The notes under the pieces: model-generated | What the model was told of the DNA's origin: nothing | Seen by the model: only the letters and a program-made list of their open reading frames with translations | The model's database searches: none | In this document: piece by piece, positions 59,124-64,000 of the stretch | Layout: the number at the start of each line of letters is the position of its first letter | Numbering within the stretch: the stretch's first letter is position 1 | NCBI GenBank assembly: GCA_037200705.1 | Contig: JBBCID010000011.1 | Coordinates: 248,148 to 312,147 of the forward strand | Direction of reading: 5' to 3' | DNA from: Sphingomonas sp. | GTDB taxonomy: Bacteria > Pseudomonadota > Alphaproteobacteria > Sphingomonadales > Sphingomonadaceae | Length of the DNA: 64,000 nucleotides | Made by a program: the position numbers and the translations under genes

Positions 59124-59610
59124 GTGCGCTCCGACGGCCTTGCGACGGCGCGCTGGATCGCGCTCCTGGTGCCGCTCGCGCTGATCGGCGGGGCGCTGGG
59201 CTTCCAGTTCATCGGCCATCTCGTGCCCTGCGAGATGTGCATGTGGCAGCGCTGGCCGCATTATGCCGCGATCCTGCTCGCCGCGCTGGCGTTCGTCGCG
59301 CGCGACCGCGTCCAGCAGGTGCTGCTGCTCTCGCTCGCCTGCACGGCGATCGCGGCGAGCGGCGCGATCGGGGTGTTCCACGCGGGCGTCGAATATCATT
59401 GGTGGCCGGGCATCACGCGTGCACCGCGCCGATCCGGCACGGCGCCAGCAGCGCCGACATCCTCGACAGATCCTCAACGGCCCGATGGTGCGCTGCGACG
59501 TGCCGCAATGGTCGCTGTTCCACATCTCGCTCGCCGGCTTCAACGCGCTCTTCTCGCTGGCGTGTGCGCTTGCGATCTTCGTGCTGGCGGCGTCGGGGCG
59601 GCGCGCATGA
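59124..59610 (+). CDS. DsbB-family disulfide bond formation protein (frameshifted)
   Basis: PCEMCMWQRWP, HAGVEYHWW, VRCD..WSLF. Confidence 0.88.
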
Positions 59611-60142
59611 GCGGCTGGCGGCCCGGCGATCGGCGCGGCGGCGCCGCATCGATGGTCCGCGTCGACAGGCTGGCGAATATGGGCGCGACGCGCATCTATG
59701 CCGGCCAGCTCGCGGTGATGGGCGATCGCACGCCGGCCGCGCGCGCGATCGCGGGGATGCTGGCGCAGGAGGAGCGCCACCGCCGCTTCTTCGACGCGAT
59801 GACCGCGCGGCGCGGCGTGCGCCCGACCGCGCTGCAACCGCTTTGGAACGTCGCGGGTTATGCGCTTGGCGCGGTGACCGCGGCGATAGGCCCCGAAGCG
59901 GCGATGGCCTGCACCGCCGCGGTCGAGACCGAGATCGATCGGCACTACGGGCAGCAGCTTGAGTTGCTGGGCGACGCGGATCCGAACTGGGCGCGGCGGT
60001 CGCCGAGTTCCGCGCCGAGGAAGTCGAGCACCGCGATGCGGCGCTGGCGGCGGGCGCGGAGAGTGCGCGGGGTATCCGCTGCTGGGCCGGGCTGATCCGG
60101 GCGGGATGCCGGGCCGCCATTGCGCTGTCGAAGCGGATATGA
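59607..60142 (+). CDS. coq7: Demethoxyubiquinone hydroxylase, Coq7 family (frameshifted)
   Basis: MVRVD..GEYGATRIYAGQ, QEERH, CTAAVETEIDRHY, EEVEH. Confidence 0.88.
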
Positions 60143-60170
60143 GATTTCGCGCGGACATGAGGAGAAGGCG

Positions 60171-60572
60171 ATGAACAAGCTGATGATCGCCGCGCTGATC
60201 GGCATCGCGCCGCTCGCGGCCGCTGCGCCCGCCGCCGCGCAGAACGCGGCGCAGAACGGCATCCTGGTCATCTACGGCAACGACAAGTGCCCGACCAACA
60301 CCCAGGGCGAAGAGATCGTCGTGTGCCAGCGCCTCGACGAATCGGAGCGCTTTCGCGTGCCCAAGACGCTGCGCGAGAATGCGATCGCGCCGCAGGCGGA
60401 AAGCTTCGCGGTGCGGATGAATTCGGTCGTCACCGACAACCCCACCGGCACGGGCAGCTGCACCGCGATCGGCCCGGGCGGCTCGACCGGCTGCTTCGTC
60501 AAGGAAGCCACCGCCGCGCGGCGCGAGACCAAGGCGCGCGAGAAGGACCAGACCGACCTGCCGTTGCCCTGA
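60171..60572 (+). CDS. Secreted hypothetical protein
   Basis: Signal peptide; IYGNDKCP, EIVVC, GSCTAIGPGGSTGC. Confidence 0.8.
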   Translation: MNKLMIAALIGIAPLAAAAPAAAQNAAQNGILVIYGNDKCPTNTQGEEIVVCQRLDESERFRVPKTLRENAIAPQAESFAVRMNSVVTDNPTGTGSCTAIGPGGSTGCFVKEATAARRETKAREKDQTDLPLP

Positions 60573-60631
60573 TCCCGTTGCGCCGCGCCGGCCGGGGGAT
60601 TAGCCCTTGACCCGGGAAACGGGGGATTCGC

Positions 60632-61142
60632 ATGGCCACGATCGTCGAACCGGCGCCGCGCGCCAAATCGCTAGCGCCCGATTTGTACGAGCGCTTCCTC
60701 GCCTTCGCCGCGATCGTGCTGCTCGGCTGCGTCGCGGCGGCGCTGGTGCGCGGCTATCCCGAGTGGAGCCGGGTCGCATGGCAGGTCTGGCCGCATCTTG
60801 CCACCGTGGTGCTTGCGCTGGCGCTGACGCCGGTGATGCTGCTGCGGCGGCGCGGCGATCGCACGCATCGGCCTGCTCGGCAAGGTCTGGGTCGTGGCGA
60901 TGCTGGCGACCGCATTGCTGTCGTTCAACGTGCGCGGGATCAACAATGGCCAGCTCAGCCCGATCCACCTGCTCTCGGCCTACACCGTGATCCAGGCGCC
61001 GCTGATCTGGTGGGCGGCGCGCACCCATCGCATTGCGGCGCACCGCCGGTCGGTGCGGCTGATGGTGACCGGCGCGCTGCTGATCGCGGGGGTGTTCACG
61101 TTTCCGTTCGGGCGGCTGCTGGGGCACTGGCTGTTCGGATGA
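60632..61142 (+). CDS. DUF2306-like membrane protein (frameshifted)
   Basis: HLATV...RRGDRTHR.LGKVW, SPIHLLS, FTFPFGRLLG. Confidence 0.8.
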
Positions 61143-62330
61143 GCCACTCGGGCGGCTCGAGCGCGACGCAATCGCGGATCAGCCACAGCATCGCCGCGGC
61201 GCGCAACGCCGCCGCCATCGCGATGTCGGCCGGAAGTCGCGGTCGGCCAGGCGCCGCTCATCGCCGCGAACCACCAGAATTCGGCGAAATAGGCGGCGAC
61301 GCCGGCGACCGCGAAGATCGCCACCGGCCGCAGCCGCGGCGCAGTCATCAGCAGCATCGGATAGAGCCACAGGTCGAACTGCGGCGAATAGACCTTGTTG
61401 GTGAGCAGGAACCAGGCGAGCAGCGGGGTGAACAGCACCCACAGCCGATCGTGGTGGCGCCGCCAGCCGAAGCCGACGATCATCGCCGCGCCGGCCATGA
61501 ACGCCAGTGCCGAGAGCAGGTTGCGCTGCCCGATCGGGGTCGGGAAGCCGGCCGAGACCTCGAGGATCTGCCAGATCGAGGCGGCGGTGCCGCTGCGCGC
61601 GCTCGAGAAGGTGTAGAATTCGCTCCAGTTGGGTCGGCGCGAGCAGCGCCACCGGCAGATCGACCAGCGCCCAGGCGGCGATCGCGGCGCCGGCGATCGC
61701 CAGCGCGTTCGGCACGCGCGCGAGCCCGTCGCGCCAGCCGCCGCGCGCGCCGAACAGCGCCTGGAGCCCGATCAGCGGGAGCAGCAGCATCGGGAACAGC
61801 TTGGCCGCCATCCCCAGCCCCGCCGCCGCCGCCGAATGGACCGGCCGGGCGGCGCGCGCGAGCAGCACCGCGCCCACCGCGAACGCGACCGCGAGCATGT
61901 CCCAATTATGCCCGACGTAGAGCACCAGCGGCGGCGCGCATGCCCAGGCCCATAGCCGCCGTGGCGCCATCCCCGCGCGCCACAGCATCCACAGCACCAG
62001 CCCCGCGAGCAAGGCGTTGACCCAGGTGACCACCCCCAGGAAGTCCATCGCATTGGCGTCGCCGCCGAACAGCAGCCGGGTGATCCCGCCTCGATCCAGA
62101 TCAGCGCGCCGGTGAGCACCGGATATTCCATTCGCGCCTGGAGATAGGGAAATCTCGCCCGCCGCCACCCCGCGCCCGGTCCAGAAGGGCACGGCGTCGC
62201 TGTAGCAGCCGGTGGTATATTGCTCGAAATCGGTCCAGCCGCCGGGCGCGCATTGCGCCTTGAACAGCCAGCCGAGCGCGCAGGTGAGCGCGAGCGCCAG
62301 CATCAGATTGCGCAGCCGGCGGTCCCGCAT
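61096..62330 (-). CDS. GT87/DUF2029 polyprenol-dependent glycosyltransferase (frameshifted)
   Basis: CYSD, EYPVLTG, NWDMLAV, AAKLFP, NKVYSPQF. Confidence 0.85.
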
Positions 62331-62437
62331 CGTGCCTCCCTCGCGCGCCTGATTAGTCGCGGCCGCCGTGCGCGTCCACCGGCGCGGCGCAACTTCCCGG
62401 GGACTCGCCGGTTGCGTTCGTGCAACCAAGGAAATCG

Positions 62438-62919
62438 ATGGCCGACGCGCGCATCTTCACCGATCTTACGGCTGACCACGACCGCCAGCGCGCGCTGATC
62501 GCGCGCGTGGGCGTGGCGGGCACCGACCAGGGCCGGCGCGAGGCATTCGAGACGCTGCGGCTCGAGCTCCAGGCGCATGCGGCGGCCGAGGAGGAATCGC
62601 TCTATGCGACGATGCTCGCCAATCCCGATCTGCGCGAGGGTGCACGCCATTCGGTTTCCGAGCATAAGGAGGTCGACGATTTGCTCGGCGCGCTGCTCGA
62701 CCTCGACTTCGGCTCGGCCGACTGGGACGCGAAGTTCGGCGAGATGCGTCACCGCTTACCTGCACCATATCGACGAGGAGGAGTCCGACATGTTCCCCGC
62801 CGCGGCCGGGGCGCTGAGCGCCGCCGAGGAAGCGCGGCTCGCCGACCGTGTTCGAGCGCCGCAAGCCGCGCGAGCTCGAGCGCGCCGAAGAGCATCCCCC
62901 TGGCGATGCGCGCGAGTGA
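62438..62919 (+). CDS. Hemerythrin HHE-domain protein (frameshifted)
   Basis: DHDRQR, HAAAEEESLY, EHKE, HHIDEEE. Confidence 0.88.
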
Positions 62920-63520
62920 CGATCGCCGGGGCGAATGGCCAGACGCTCCGCGATGCGGCGGCGGGCTGCACGCGCTGCGACCTCTATCGCCACGCGACCC
63001 GGACGGTGTTCGGCGAAGGCCCGCTTGACGCGGCGATGCTGTTCGTCGGCGAGCAGCCTGGCGACCAGGAGGATCTGGCGGGCCGTCCGTTCGTCGGCCC
63101 CGCCGGCGCGGTGTTCGATCGCGCGATCGCCGCCGCCGGGATCGCGCGGGCGGGAGGTCTATGTCACCAACGCGGTCAAGCACTTCAAGTTCGAGCAGCG
63201 CGGCAGGCGGCGCATCCATGCGAAGCCCAACGCCGGCGAGATCAAGGCATGCCGCTGGTGGTACGAGCGCGAGCTGGCGCTGCTGCGGCCGCGCGCGGTG
63301 GTCGCGCTCGGCGCCACCGCGGCGCGGCAGATGCTCGGCCGGGCGGTGACGATCGGCGGCGCGCGCGGGCGCCCGATCACGCTGGCCGAGGGCGGAATCG
63401 GCTGGGTCACGATCCACCCGAGCTTCCTTGCTCCGGATGCCCGACAAGGCGCGCGCCGAAGCCGAGTTCGCGGCGTTCGTCGAGGATCTGAAGGCCGCGC
63501 GGGCGGCGCTGGACGGTTAG
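62916..63520 (+). CDS. UdgX-like family-4 uracil-DNA glycosylase (frameshifted)
   Basis: CTRCDL Fe-S motif, GEQPGDQED, NAVKHFKF, RRIH loop, HPS. Confidence 0.88.
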
Positions 63521-64000
63521 GAGCCCCTGAGCCGCTCGGCGATCGCTTTGACCTTGTCGGCGCGTCCCGGCGCGCCTTTCTCGACCATCGCGCGATAGCG
63601 CGCCAGCGTCGCGGCGTCGGCACGCTCGGGCGAGCCCGAATCGAACGCGCGGCGGGATCATATTCGAGGCTGAGCTGGACGAAGCGGGCGTGGTCCTCGC
63701 CGCGGATCGCGGCGGTGAGCGCAAGCGCGAAATCGATCCCCGCGGTCACCCCGCCGCCGGTCACGCGGTTGCGATCGAACACGACGCGCTCGGCGACCGG
63801 CTCGGCGCTGAACCAGGCGAGCTGGTCGCGCGAGGCCCAGTGCAGGCGGCTCGATAGCCGGTGAGCAGCCCCCGCCGCGGCGAGAATCAGCGATCCGGTG
63901 CACACGCTGGTGATCCAGGTCGCTTCGGCCGCGACCTGGCGGACCCAGCCGAGCGTCGCGGCATCCTCCATCGCCGCGACGGTGCCGAATCCGCCGGGGA
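63517..64000 (-). CDS. DJ-1/PfpI family protein (isonitrile hydratase-like), 5' part outside the window
   Basis: PGGFG, TSVCTGSL, TGGGVTAGIDF, QLSLEYDP. Confidence 0.9.

Overview
High-GC alphaproteobacterial chromosome segment whose gene content and order suggest a Sphingomonas-like organism (inference). Core genes: TPP riboswitch-thiC, crtG/crtY-crtI-LOG-crtB, atm1-like ABC transporter, recQ, sigma54/NtrC-controlled glnK-amtB, tldD, nadB, ung, ubiG, lysC, ptsP-rodZ-cpoB-tilS-ftsH and proA-nadD-rsfS-rlmH-envC-ctpA. ORFs are intact up to about 18.9 kb. Beyond that, many genes, including housekeeping ones, carry frameshifts, which is most likely long-read indel error. Two accessory loci stand out. 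(1) At 0.6-2.5 kb, an AT-richer RelA/SpoT-synthetase+TPR gene sits divergent from a compact minus-strand array of tRNA-like RNAs: a tRNA-Met-like 3' half, a rod-shaped hairpin ending in an acceptor stem plus ACCA, a tRNA-Arg(ACG), a degenerate tRNA and a Y-RNA-like hairpin. (2) At 37.7-40.3 kb, a GH11 xylanase is followed by a stand-alone secretin, with a perfect LacI/XylR-type operator inside the xylanase 5' coding region. Functional calls come from recognising motifs by eye; no searches were run.
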